From the NCBI GenBank assembly GCA_963528595.1, contig CAURUU010000003.1, forward strand, positions 11,042 through 75,041: a stretch of DNA of 64,000 bases, given 5' to 3'. Below are positions 8,844 through 17,843 of the stretch, piece by piece; the first letter of the stretch is position 1, and the number at the start of each line of letters is the position of its first letter. The notes under the pieces were generated by a model. It saw nothing but the letters and a program-made list of their open reading frames with translations. It was not told the origin of the DNA and made no database searches. Source of the stretch: an uncultured Candidatus Saccharibacteria bacterium. GTDB lineage: Bacteria > Patescibacteriota > Saccharimonadia > Saccharimonadales > Saccharimonadaceae. The position numbers and the translations under genes are program-made.

Positions 8844-8859
8844 GGGGCTTTAGCCCCCC
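8842..8859. terminator. GC hairpin GGGGGGCT-TT-AGCCCCCC between convergent genes
   Basis: A perfect 8-nt inverted repeat that overlaps the stop codon of the small minus-strand ORF. Confidence 0.5.
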
Positions 8860-9014
8860 GAGCATTCGAACACGTCGCCACTCAACAGAATGGTGACGAG
8901 CATCGCATAGATGGCTACATCGGCCACCCGCGGACGATCTGTCCTGAATAAGGCACTCATCAGCAGATAAGCCCCAACAAAAGTTAGCGCCCACCTGCCC
9001 AGTAGCGTATACAT
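8850..9014 (-). CDS. small (54 aa) two-helix hydrophobic protein, absent from the ORF track
   Basis: An AAGGAGGG SD lies 5 nt before ATG 9014. Product: MYTLLGRWALTFVGAYLLMSALFRTDRPRVADVAIYAMLVTILLSGDVFECSGG. Confidence 0.45.
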   Translation of the reverse strand: MYTLLGRWALTFVGAYLLMSALFRTDRPRVADVAIYAMLVTILLSGDVFECSGG

Positions 9015-9126
9015 TTTTCCCTCCTTTCAGGAAAAAATGTGCTCGAGGTCAAAGGGCTCTTCTGCCCTCAGACAAACCTCGAGCAGAAGTTACTTGTAAT
9101 TTACCATATATTACCCTAAAAGTCAA
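9015..9126 (-). promoter_or_regulatory. promoter (TTGACT-17-TAAATT) plus structured leader with hairpin and U tract, upstream of the small ORF
   Basis: -35 at 9126-9121 and -10 at 9103-9098. Hairpin TGCTCGAGGT...ACCTCGAGCA (9085-9040) has an inner AGGGC/GCCCT stem, followed by CATTTTTTCC and the SD. Confidence 0.5.
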
Positions 9127-9221
9127 TATATTAACTGCACACAGGCCTGACGCGTAGCAGACCACCCTTGGCAGAACGCGCGCTAATTGCTATAATTACC
9201 ATAAGTATTTTAGGGGGCAGT

Positions 9222-10133
9222 ATGGGACTATCGATTTCAGAGATTCGGCAAAACACGACGCGAGCGCGTCATTTGATGCAGCGGACACGGGCGCAACATT
9301 TTGCGGTCGGGGCGTTTAATATTGATAACCAAGAAACGCTGATCGCTGTGGCACGGGCGGCACAAAAACTGCAGTCGCCGGTGCTGGTTGAGGTTTCGGA
9401 CGCCGAAGTGAAAGCCATGGGGCTAGAAAATGTGCGTGATTTGGTAGATAACTATAAGGCTGAATACGGCATTGAGATGTATTTGAATCTGGATCACGGA
9501 CCGACAGCCGAGGGCTGTAAACGGGCCATTGATGCGGGCTATGAGTTTGTGCACATCGACATTTCTCAGGCAAATCACGACGCTTCCGACGAGGAAATCA
9601 TCGCTAAAACCCGCGAGGTTGTCGAGTATGCCAAGTTTACTGGTGCGCTGGTGGAGTCCGAGCCACACTACTTTGGCGGTAGCTCTAACGTTCACACTGA
9701 AGCTATTGACTATGAAGAGATCAAAAAAACTTTTTCCACGCCAGATGGTGCGCGGGCATTTGTCGAGGCGACGGGGATTGATACCTTTGCAGCAGCAGTC
9801 GGTAATCTGCACGGTAAATATCCGGTGCCGAAAGTATTGGATTTGGAATTGTTAGCACGCATTCGCGAGGTGCTGCACTGCCAGATTTCGCTTCATGGTG
9901 GGTCAGGTACGCCGCTGCATTATTTTGAGGACGCAGCAAAAATTGGCGTCTCCAAAATTAACATCAACTCCGACATGCGCTACGCTTTCCGCACCACACT
10001 GGAAAAAACTTTGCGTGAAAATCCAAATGAATATGCCATTGTTAAGCTGATGCCTGAAGTGTATTCGGTAGTCCAGAAGGTCGTCGAAGAAAAAATCATG
10101 GCATTTGGTTCAAGTGGAAGGGCGGTGATCTAA
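9222..10133 (+). CDS. fba: class II fructose-bisphosphate aldolase
   Basis: ATG 9222 follows an AGGGGG SD and a TTGGCA-17-TATAAT promoter (9168-9196). Motifs seen: FNIDNQETL, LDHG, HGGSG. Confidence 0.87.
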   Translation: MGLSISEIRQNTTRARHLMQRTRAQHFAVGAFNIDNQETLIAVARAAQKLQSPVLVEVSDAEVKAMGLENVRDLVDNYKAEYGIEMYLNLDHGPTAEGCKRAIDAGYEFVHIDISQANHDASDEEIIAKTREVVEYAKFTGALVESEPHYFGGSSNVHTEAIDYEEIKKTFSTPDGARAFVEATGIDTFAAAVGNLHGKYPVPKVLDLELLARIREVLHCQISLHGGSGTPLHYFEDAAKIGVSKININSDMRYAFRTTLEKTLRENPNEYAIVKLMPEVYSVVQKVVEEKIMAFGSSGRAVI

Positions 10134-11095
10134 TGGCCAAAATCATTACCATTGGTGCTGCCGTTCAAGACGTATTCCTGAGTCATTCGCCAGCTTTGGC
10201 ACCAGTTTGTGAAAGCCCAGAACGTTGTTTTCAGCGTCTGGAGCTGGGTTCAAAAATTGATGTCAATCAGATTCATTTTTCTACCGGCGGTGGCGCTACT
10301 AACGCAGCAGTTACCTTTGCTCGTCAGGGTCATCAAACGCAGTTCATGGGGGTTGTTGGGCGCGATCCAGCAGGCCAGGCAGTGTTGGATGCACTGGACA
10401 GTGAAAGTGTTGGTACGCAGCTAGTGAAATTCTCTGACAAATACAACACGGGATATTCAGTCATGCTCCTAGCGCCAAATGGCGAGCGCACCATTTTAAC
10501 CTATCGCGGCGCCTCTACGCACTATCATCCAAGCGATTTTTCTCTGGAAAATGTTCAGGCGGATTGGCTGTATGTTTCCAACCTAGCGGGACAAATGCAA
10601 ACGCTCAGTAAACTGTTTACTCAAGCGCGCGAACGCGGCATTAAAATTTGTTTTAATCCTGGCAAAAAAGAGTTGGCGCAGCGCGAATTGTTGCTTGGCT
10701 TGCTGCAAGATGTAGATATTTTGACCGTCAATAAAGAGGAAATGCAGCAGCTTGTTGAAGGAAGTGATTTGGAGAGTTTGATTCGCCACGGGCTGTATTT
10801 GGTGCCAACGTTACTGGTGACGGATGGCGCTAATGGCTCCATGGCGAGTGACGGCAAGATAATTGTCCGCGCTGGCATGTACGAAGACGTTCCAGCCATT
10901 GACAGGACAGGGGCTGGTGACGCATTTGCCTCAGGATTTTTGAGTAGATGGGTGGAAGGCGGCAGTTTGCGAGATTCGGTTATTTTTGCCAGCGCAAATT
11001 CCAGCGCCGTCGTTGCGAAAATTAGTGCTAAGGCGGGAATTTTACATAAAGGCGCTAGTCTACACGAGATGCCGTTACAAGAAAGGAGTATATAA
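10133..11095 (+). CDS. PfkB-family sugar/sugar-phosphate kinase (possibly the phosphofructokinase partner of fba)
   Basis: GGGATNAA and TGAGDAFASGF motifs. The start overlaps the fba stop (TAATG). Confidence 0.8.
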   Translation: MAKIITIGAAVQDVFLSHSPALAPVCESPERCFQRLELGSKIDVNQIHFSTGGGATNAAVTFARQGHQTQFMGVVGRDPAGQAVLDALDSESVGTQLVKFSDKYNTGYSVMLLAPNGERTILTYRGASTHYHPSDFSLENVQADWLYVSNLAGQMQTLSKLFTQARERGIKICFNPGKKELAQRELLLGLLQDVDILTVNKEEMQQLVEGSDLESLIRHGLYLVPTLLVTDGANGSMASDGKIIVRAGMYEDVPAIDRTGAGDAFASGFLSRWVEGGSLRDSVIFASANSSAVVAKISAKAGILHKGASLHEMPLQERSI

Positions 11096-11097
11096 TC

Positions 11098-11577
11098 ATG
11101 GCACAACACTTGGCTCGACTATTAGGAGAAGGCGCGAACATACAAATTGCCTTGCAGGAGCTCAATCGAATGACACGTGATGATAGCGACATTCGGTTGA
11201 TGTCGGATGTTTTGGCGCGAACACATAGTGTGCTGCGTGCTTTGGGGCTTGATCCGCGTGATACGACAGCAAATGAAGTCTACCAGGCGCTGATGGCGGT
11301 GGCTCCAGAAATCGATAAACGAGCCTGCTTCAAAGCTAGTGACTGGGTGCTGGCAGACATAGACGGGCACATTATTTCTTTTCATCCTGTGGATATTGTT
11401 GAAAACTATCACCATCAGTTGTCGCTCGGCAGGAATACCACCAAGCACGGTAAAGTTGCCTTGGGACAGGAAATTTACCGCCGTTTCCGGGATCATCCAC
11501 AGACGCACAACCCAGCCGTTAGTCGCATCATTTGTGATGGCGGCATTTGCCGGCGGGTTGATGACATCTTGGATTAG
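11098..11577 (+). CDS. hypothetical protein (159 aa)
   Basis: An AAAGGAG SD lies upstream, and the gene sits 2 nt after the kinase gene. Its composition is protein-like, unlike the antisense ORF 11122-11586. Confidence 0.55.
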   Translation: MAQHLARLLGEGANIQIALQELNRMTRDDSDIRLMSDVLARTHSVLRALGLDPRDTTANEVYQALMAVAPEIDKRACFKASDWVLADIDGHIISFHPVDIVENYHHQLSLGRNTTKHGKVALGQEIYRRFRDHPQTHNPAVSRIICDGGICRRVDDILD

Positions 11578-12272
11578 TGATCGCAATAGGTTTTATTGGA
11601 CGTAACGATGTCGATGATTTCGTCGACACTGTCAGTGATGGTGTAAATATCAAGGTCTTCTTTGACGATTGCTGATTCAGCTAACATGTGGTCGCGGAAG
11701 AACGCATCCAAGTCGCTCCAGAACGCCGTGTCAAACAGGATGACTGGCACGCGATTGGTTTTCTGTGTCTGGATCAAGGTCAATATCTCCGCCAATTCAT
11801 CCAAGGTGCCAAAACCACCAGGGAAATAAATGTAAGCGTCAGCGTACATGGTCATGACGATTTTGCGGGGAGCGAAATGTTGAAATTCAAACGCCTCAGT
11901 TGCATATTCATTGAGATCTTGTTCGTGGGGTAATTTAATGTTAAAGGCGATTGATTCACCGCCAGCAGCGCGCGCACCTTTTTGGACCGCTTTGTTAGCT
12001 CCTTCGTTGGCGGCACCCATGATACCGTGGCCACCTCCAGAGACAACCGCATAACCCAAGCTTGCCAAACGCTCTGACGCTTCTTTGGCAGCTTGGTAAT
12101 ATGGGCTGTCTGGGCAGGTACGTGCCGAACCGAAAAAGGTCACCGTCTTATGATATTTTTTGAGGATTTCATAACCCTTTTGAATTTCCTCGTTAATATT
12201 GCCCAAACGGAACATTGCAGCTTGGAGTTCAATTTCGCGTGGTATACACACCAGATCTTTTTTGTCTGTCAT
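11574..12272 (-). CDS. LOG/TIGR00730-family protein (lysine-decarboxylase-like nucleotide phosphoribohydrolase)
   Basis: GGGHGIMGAANEGA and PGGFGTLDEL motifs. Confidence 0.85.
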   Translation of the reverse strand: MTDKKDLVCIPREIELQAAMFRLGNINEEIQKGYEILKKYHKTVTFFGSARTCPDSPYYQAAKEASERLASLGYAVVSGGGHGIMGAANEGANKAVQKGARAAGGESIAFNIKLPHEQDLNEYATEAFEFQHFAPRKIVMTMYADAYIYFPGGFGTLDELAEILTLIQTQKTNRVPVILFDTAFWSDLDAFFRDHMLAESAIVKEDLDIYTITDSVDEIIDIVTSNKTYCDH

Positions 12273-12371
12273 TTTTCTGCCTTTTTATGTTTTAATTCAC
12301 GTATCTTTTGATTATAGCACAAAAAGCTTGTGTTTGTCAAATAGTTGGCGGCTACCAGTGAACATCAGGGA

Positions 12372-13568
12372 TTATTCACCCAGAAATGATTGTTTGACCT
12401 GCTGGTAGGCGTCGCGGAATGGCACGCCTTTTTCCACCAATTCGTTAATCTTGGCGACGGTGTAAAGTTCATCGGTCATCGCCTCAGCCAATCGGTCAGT
12501 GTTAGCCTCCAGTTCACTGACACAGAGTGTCAGAACTTCCAGAGTGTCGAGTGCCGACGTGAAGGCATCCATGGTGATCTTTTTGGTCAACTGCAAGTCG
12601 CGGTGATAGCCACTGCCGGCACCTGTCGAAATAGCTTGGAGTTGCAAAGCGTAGTTTGGATAAGCGTGGGCGGTGGCGCGCATGATCTCAAAGACGTCGT
12701 AGTTACGTTTGTGCGGCATGATGGACGATCCAGTGGTCATGGTAACAGGCAGCTTGAAATAGTTAAACTCCTGAGAAGTAAACAGCAACATGTCTTCGGC
12801 AAATTTGCCAGCAAAGACCATGATTGGGTTGAGTGCTTGCACGGCAATCAGCTCAAACACGCCGCGCGACAAGCCGCAGTACATGGGATTTTCCTGTACT
12901 TTAGCGAAGCCTAACTCACTGGTCGTCATCTGGCGGTCAAGTGGCAGAGTAACGCCAAAGCCAGCAGCGCTACCCAGCGGGTTTTGATCGATGGCGGTGA
13001 TGCTGTGTGCCACCAATTGCTGGAGGTCATGAAACGCATCGTGATATGAGCCAAGCCACATACTGACCGTGGTTGGCATGGCTTTTTGGGTGTGGGTGTA
13101 GCCAGGCATCTCGGTCTGGCCAATGACGGCAATTTTGCCAGCATAGGCCTGAGCGACTGCTTCCAGCTTTTTGGCTACTGCCTCAAGCTCCGTTTTGATA
13201 AATAGTCGCATCATCACCAAGGCTTGGTCATTGCGGCTTCGACCAGTATGAACCTTTTTGCCAATTGGTCCGAGTTTTTCTGTCAGATATAGCTCAATAG
13301 CGGTGTGGCCATCTTCGTGCTCGCTGGTGAGCGTGAAGGCACCAGTTTTCCACTCGTTCAGCAGCTCGTCCAAGGCGGCTGCCAATTGTTGATATTCGTC
13401 GCTGGTCAGCACGCCAATTTTTTCTAGCATGTGAGCATGCGCTTTGGTCGCGGTAATGTCGTGACCGAGTAAGTGCTGGTCCAATACCTGATCGTCACCA
13501 ACGGTGTATGCCTCGACTAATGGATGAAGTGAGCCAGTTGCGGTTGATTGCCATAGTTTACTTGCCAT
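12372..13568 (-). CDS. argH: argininosuccinate lyase (short form, 398 aa)
   Basis: TGRSRNDQ and GSSIMPHKRN signatures. It overlaps the argG stop by 11 nt. Confidence 0.9.
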   Translation of the reverse strand: MASKLWQSTATGSLHPLVEAYTVGDDQVLDQHLLGHDITATKAHAHMLEKIGVLTSDEYQQLAAALDELLNEWKTGAFTLTSEHEDGHTAIELYLTEKLGPIGKKVHTGRSRNDQALVMMRLFIKTELEAVAKKLEAVAQAYAGKIAVIGQTEMPGYTHTQKAMPTTVSMWLGSYHDAFHDLQQLVAHSITAIDQNPLGSAAGFGVTLPLDRQMTTSELGFAKVQENPMYCGLSRGVFELIAVQALNPIMVFAGKFAEDMLLFTSQEFNYFKLPVTMTTGSSIMPHKRNYDVFEIMRATAHAYPNYALQLQAISTGAGSGYHRDLQLTKKITMDAFTSALDTLEVLTLCVSELEANTDRLAEAMTDELYTVAKINELVEKGVPFRDAYQQVKQSFLGE

Positions 13569-14820
13569 ATGAGTATGCTCCTTCAGCTGTTCGCTGACTT
13601 AGTGAATATAATTCAATGAATCCGGCGGACGAATTCTGGTTGAATGCGTCGTTGGAATCAAATGTTGCAAGATTGATATCAAACAACGAATGTGGTGAGT
13701 CCACGCTGACGACGGTGATGGTACCCTTGTATAGGCGGACCGTCACTGTGCCGGTGACTTTTTGGTTCTGGTCGTCGATGTAGGCATTGATGTGATGGAT
13801 GGCTGGCTCGTACCACTGTGCCGCATAGGTCAGATATGCCCATTTTTTGTCCATTTCGGCTTTTAGTTCATTTTCAACGCGGGTGGACACCAATTGCTCG
13901 AGCTTTTGATGAGCGGTAATCAAGATGGCAGCGCCAGGGTTTTCGTAGACGCCACGTACCTTCAGCCCGACCAGTCGATCTTCGATGAGGGTCGATACAC
14001 CCACGCCGTGCTTGCGGCCGAGTTGGTTGCAGTGCTGGATGAGTGCTTGGAGTGAAAAGTGGCGGTTATCAACCGCGACAGGTACACCTTTGATAAATTC
14101 AATGGTAATGTCCTCGGCTTCGTCTGGCGTGTATTTGATGGTCGAGCACCAATTGAGAATGGCGTGGTAATTTGGCTTGAGCGATGGTGATTCAATTTCG
14201 CCGCCTTCGCTGGTGATACCCCACATGTTTTCATCGGTTGAGTAGGGTGATTCCTGGGTGTGCGGCACGGGGATATGGTGCTTCTTGGCGTAGGCCAGCT
14301 CTTCCTCTCGACCCATACTCCACTCACGTACCGGTGCCAGGATCTTGAGTTTAGGGTTGAGTGTAGTGATGTAGGTTTCGAAGCGAACTTGGTCGTTGCC
14401 TTTGCCAGTAGCACCGTGTGCAATGACGGTGCAGTTGTACTTTTCGGCATATTCGACGGCCAATTGCGAGATGATGATGCGCCCGAGTGGCGTGCAGAGG
14501 GCGTAGCCGCCTTGATAATCAGCGTTGGCTTTGATGGCTAGCGACAGCAGCTCATCGGCGAAGCGGTCGCGGGCGTCAACCGTAATGGTTTCTATGGCGC
14601 CGAGCATTTTGGCCTTTTCGGCGATGGCATCGAGATCATCAACCGTCTGGCCAATGTTGACTGTTAGGGTGATGACCTTGCAGTTATATTTTTCTTGTAA
14701 CCACTTGAGCATGACGGATGTGTCGAGGCCTCCGGAGTAGAGCAAGAGGCACGTATCGAACTCACCGTTCACGGCTTCGTGACTGGCAACCTTGGTGTAG
14801 TGAGGTGTGTCGTTATTCAT
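13558..14820 (-). CDS. argG: argininosuccinate synthase
   Basis: YSGGLDTS ATP-binding motif, 420 aa, AAGGA SD. Confidence 0.95.
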   Translation of the reverse strand: MNNDTPHYTKVASHEAVNGEFDTCLLLYSGGLDTSVMLKWLQEKYNCKVITLTVNIGQTVDDLDAIAEKAKMLGAIETITVDARDRFADELLSLAIKANADYQGGYALCTPLGRIIISQLAVEYAEKYNCTVIAHGATGKGNDQVRFETYITTLNPKLKILAPVREWSMGREEELAYAKKHHIPVPHTQESPYSTDENMWGITSEGGEIESPSLKPNYHAILNWCSTIKYTPDEAEDITIEFIKGVPVAVDNRHFSLQALIQHCNQLGRKHGVGVSTLIEDRLVGLKVRGVYENPGAAILITAHQKLEQLVSTRVENELKAEMDKKWAYLTYAAQWYEPAIHHINAYIDDQNQKVTGTVTVRLYKGTITVVSVDSPHSLFDINLATFDSNDAFNQNSSAGFIELYSLSQRTAEGAYSYGK

Positions 14821-14842
14821 ATATTTCCTTTCTATACTAATT

Positions 14843-14871
14843 AAAAAGAGCCGCTCAGGTGAGGGCTCTTT
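14843..14871 (-). terminator. intrinsic terminator inside the argG leader (attenuator)
   Basis: Minus strand reads AAAGAGCCCTCA-CC-TGAGCGGCTCTTT followed by TT. The stem is 12 bp with one bulged C, and the U tract has 5 residues. It lies about 20 nt before the argG SD. Confidence 0.7.
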
Positions 14872-14898
14872 CGTTGATTTATAATACTATACGACTAA

Positions 14899-14955
14899 TT
14901 AGCCCTCTGAGTCAGAGCGGCGACGACGAACAACGATGTTGTGTCGATATGTCAT
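14899..14955 (-). CDS. candidate Arg-rich leader peptide MTYRHNIVVRRRRSDSEG
   Basis: ATG ACA TAT CGA CAC AAC ATC GTT GTT CGT CGT CGC CGC TCT GAC TCA GAG GGC TAA. TATGGT lies 6 nt upstream, and TTGAAA lies 16 nt further upstream. Confidence 0.5.
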   Translation of the reverse strand: MTYRHNIVVRRRRSDSEG

Positions 14956-15033
14956 ATTGCAACCATACCATACTATTGGTGATTTTCAAAATATTTTTAT
15001 ATATAAATTGCGATGCGTTACAATAGTAATAAT

Positions 15034-17010
15034 ATGAGTGCCTTTAATCTCGTCTCCAAATACCAGCCGACCGGCGACCAGCCGACGGCGATTGCTCAGT
15101 TGATGGCGGGGCTGGAGCGGGGCGAACGTGAGCAGACGTTGCTGGGTGTGACGGGGTCGGGCAAGACGTTTACTATGGCAAATATCATCGCTCGAGCCAA
15201 TGTGCCGACGCTGGTGCTGGCGCATAACAAGACCTTGGCGGCGCAGCTGTTTTCTGAGTTTAAGGAGTTTTTTCCGGATAACGAGGTGCATTATTTCGTC
15301 AGCTATTTTGATTATTATCAGCCAGAAGCCTACATTGCGTCGAGCGATACCTATATTGAGAAAGATTCGAAAATCAATGATGAAATCGATCGGCTGCGGC
15401 ATGCGGCGACCTCAGCATTGTTAACGCGGCGCGACGTGATCATTGTGGCTAGTGTATCCTGTATCTATGGCATTGGTTCGCCAGAAACGTACGCTGATAT
15501 GGCGATTCAATTGACGGTCGGCGAGCGGCGAGTGCAGGACAAGTTTATTCGCCTGCTGACTGATATTCAATATAAACGCAACGACGTTGATTTTGCACGC
15601 GGGACTTTCAGGGTGCGTGGTGACGTGGTGGATATTTTCCCGGCTGGGCAGGACACGGCGGTGCGAGTGGAATTTTTTGGCGATGAAGTTGAGAGACTCA
15701 CACGAATTGATCCGCTAACGGGCGAGATTTTGGAGCAGCCAGCTAGCCTGACGATTTTCCCCTCCAGCCACTATTCGACGCCGCGTGAACGAATTGAAAA
15801 AGCCATCGTCGGCATCGAGAAAGAGTTTGACGAGCGGCTGAAATGGTTTGAATCGCATGACAAATTGCTGGAGGCGCAGCGCCTAGCTCAGCGCACTAAA
15901 TATGACCTAGAAATGCTTAAGGAAACAGGCTTTGTCAAAGGTATCGAGAATTATTCGCGCTATCTGACGGACCGCGAGCCGGGCGAGCAACCAGCGACCT
16001 TAATTGATTATTTTCCAGACGATTGGCTGCTGCTGGTCGATGAATCGCATATGACGCTGCCGCAAGTGCGCGGTATGTATAACGGCGACCGGGCGCGCAA
16101 GGAAGTGTTGGTGGAGCACGGGTTTCGTTTGCCGAGTGCGTTGGATAACCGCCCGCTGAGATTTGATGAATTTGATCAGCATATTCACCAGGCGATTTAT
16201 GTGTCGGCTACGCCGGGTGACTATGAAATTGCTCATTCACCAAAGCCGGCTGAGCAGTTGATTCGGCCGACGGGGCTGCTTGATCCGCCGATTGAGGTGC
16301 GGCCGACCGAAGGGCAGGTTGATGATTTGATGGAGGAAATTCGCCAGACCATCGCCAACGGCCACCGCGTGCTGGTAACCACCTTGACCAAGCGCATGGC
16401 TGAGGATCTGAGTGCCTACCTGACCGATAATGGTGTGAAAACGGCGTATCTACACAGTGAAATTGACACATTAGAGCGCGGCGATATTCTCAAAGATTTG
16501 CGACTGGGAACGTATGACGTGTTAGTTGGTATCAATTTGCTACGTGAGGGGCTGGACCTACCGGAAGTCAGTCTGGTGGCGATTATGGATGCTGATAAAG
16601 AAGGTTTCCTCCGCTCTGAACAGGCACTGATCCAGACGATTGGCCGGGCGGCGCGGCATGTCGATGGACGAGTGTTGATGTATGGTGATAATGTAACTGA
16701 CAGTATGCGGCGAGCGATTGACGAGACGAATCGTCGGCGTGCAATTCAGCAGCAATATAATGAAGAGCACGGCATCACGCCGCAAACCATCCAGAAGAAG
16801 ATTGACGATGGCCTGCGCTCTATCATTCCGCAAAAAGAATCGGACAAAAAGCCAAAGCTTGATTTGAAGAAGATTCCGAAAGACGAATATCCAACGCTGA
16901 TCAAGGAATTGACTGGTCAAATGGAACTGCATAGCGCCAATCTGGAGTTCGAAAAAGCGGCGGAGCTGCGTGATTTGATTGCAGAAATTAAGCAAACAAT
17001 GGTACACTAA
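15034..17010 (+). CDS. uvrB: excinuclease ABC subunit B
   Basis: The N-terminus [17 protein letters not shown] matches UvrB N-termini. Walker A GVTGSGKT, a DESH box and a C-terminal UVR motif are present. TACAAT at 15019-15024 precedes ATG 15034, so ATG 15013 is likely outside the transcript. Confidence 0.95.
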   Translation: MSAFNLVSKYQPTGDQPTAIAQLMAGLERGEREQTLLGVTGSGKTFTMANIIARANVPTLVLAHNKTLAAQLFSEFKEFFPDNEVHYFVSYFDYYQPEAYIASSDTYIEKDSKINDEIDRLRHAATSALLTRRDVIIVASVSCIYGIGSPETYADMAIQLTVGERRVQDKFIRLLTDIQYKRNDVDFARGTFRVRGDVVDIFPAGQDTAVRVEFFGDEVERLTRIDPLTGEILEQPASLTIFPSSHYSTPRERIEKAIVGIEKEFDERLKWFESHDKLLEAQRLAQRTKYDLEMLKETGFVKGIENYSRYLTDREPGEQPATLIDYFPDDWLLLVDESHMTLPQVRGMYNGDRARKEVLVEHGFRLPSALDNRPLRFDEFDQHIHQAIYVSATPGDYEIAHSPKPAEQLIRPTGLLDPPIEVRPTEGQVDDLMEEIRQTIANGHRVLVTTLTKRMAEDLSAYLTDNGVKTAYLHSEIDTLERGDILKDLRLGTYDVLVGINLLREGLDLPEVSLVAIMDADKEGFLRSEQALIQTIGRAARHVDGRVLMYGDNVTDSMRRAIDETNRRRAIQQQYNEEHGITPQTIQKKIDDGLRSIIPQKESDKKPKLDLKKIPKDEYPTLIKELTGQMELHSANLEFEKAAELRDLIAEIKQTMVH

Positions 17011-17038
17011 AGATAACCATAATAAGGAGGAGAATTAT

Positions 17039-17758
17039 ATGGCAGAATTGAAAACAACAGAAACTCCAGTCGTCGAGCAAGCTGAGTACATGGCTCCACG
17101 CGCTGCTTCGCAAGCAAAGTGGCTCACATTTGAATACGCATTAGCAATGGTTTCAGTAACATTTGCTGCAATCACCAGTGTAGTACTCGTACCAATGTTG
17201 TTCGGTATGTGGTCTGCAAAAGAAGCGATGTCGTTTGGCTTGATGTTGAGCGGGTCGATCACTGCAAACATTTTGGCCGTTGGTATTTTGGCAGTACTAT
17301 TTTCAGTGTTGGCATTTGTCCTATTTGGCCGCGTAACGCGCGCAATCGCTGCTGACCGTAGCGGTTACACTGGCCGATTGGCCTACAAACTGACAACCTA
17401 TGGCAGCTTGTTCATGATCGTATTGGCGGCGTTGCCACTGGTTGCAAATCTCATCAGTGTATTGATTAGCTCACTGCTGTTGATCGGTGTTTCAGACGCT
17501 GGTTCAGTATACACAGCACTGTACTTGGGTAACTTCTTGCCATCACTGGTGTGCTTGGCAGTATTGGCAGTTGTGATATTTTTCATTGGTAAAATCATCA
17601 ACGGCTACAACAAATCACGCCCATTGGCTATCACGTTGATCGCAATCACCGGTGTTGTCGCAGTTGCCTTGGCTATCACCTTGGCAGTGCAGGCTCATGA
17701 CAAGCCAAGCATCAAAAAGTCAAACTTCAAATACAACTCAAGCTACCTACTCGACTAG
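17039..17758 (+). CDS. multi-pass membrane protein (hypothetical)
   Basis: An AAGGAGGAG SD lies before ATG 17039. There are 5-6 hydrophobic helices. Confidence 0.7.
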   Translation: MAELKTTETPVVEQAEYMAPRAASQAKWLTFEYALAMVSVTFAAITSVVLVPMLFGMWSAKEAMSFGLMLSGSITANILAVGILAVLFSVLAFVLFGRVTRAIAADRSGYTGRLAYKLTTYGSLFMIVLAALPLVANLISVLISSLLLIGVSDAGSVYTALYLGNFLPSLVCLAVLAVVIFFIGKIINGYNKSRPLAITLIAITGVVAVALAITLAVQAHDKPSIKKSNFKYNSSYLLD

Positions 17759-17775
17759 TTAGTTGGGTATTACCT

Positions 17776-17811
17776 ATCACTCGCTCCTAGATATGGGGGC
17801 GAGTGATTTTC
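17776..17811 (+). terminator. intrinsic terminator
   Basis: ATCACTCGC...GCGAGTGAT forms a 9-bp perfect stem followed by TTTT. Confidence 0.75.
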
Positions 17812-17843
17812 TGTAATTAATTTTCAAGTGGTATAATGAGTTC

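Noticed and set aside
11122-11586. A 154-aa minus-strand ORF almost exactly antisense to the 159-aa plus-strand ORF 11098-11577.
   Set aside because: Only one of the two can reasonably be coding. The plus-strand ORF has an SD, sits 2 nt after the kinase gene and has protein-like composition. The minus-strand product is rich in C, H, Q and W, and it would overlap the LOG gene end. The choice is not certain.
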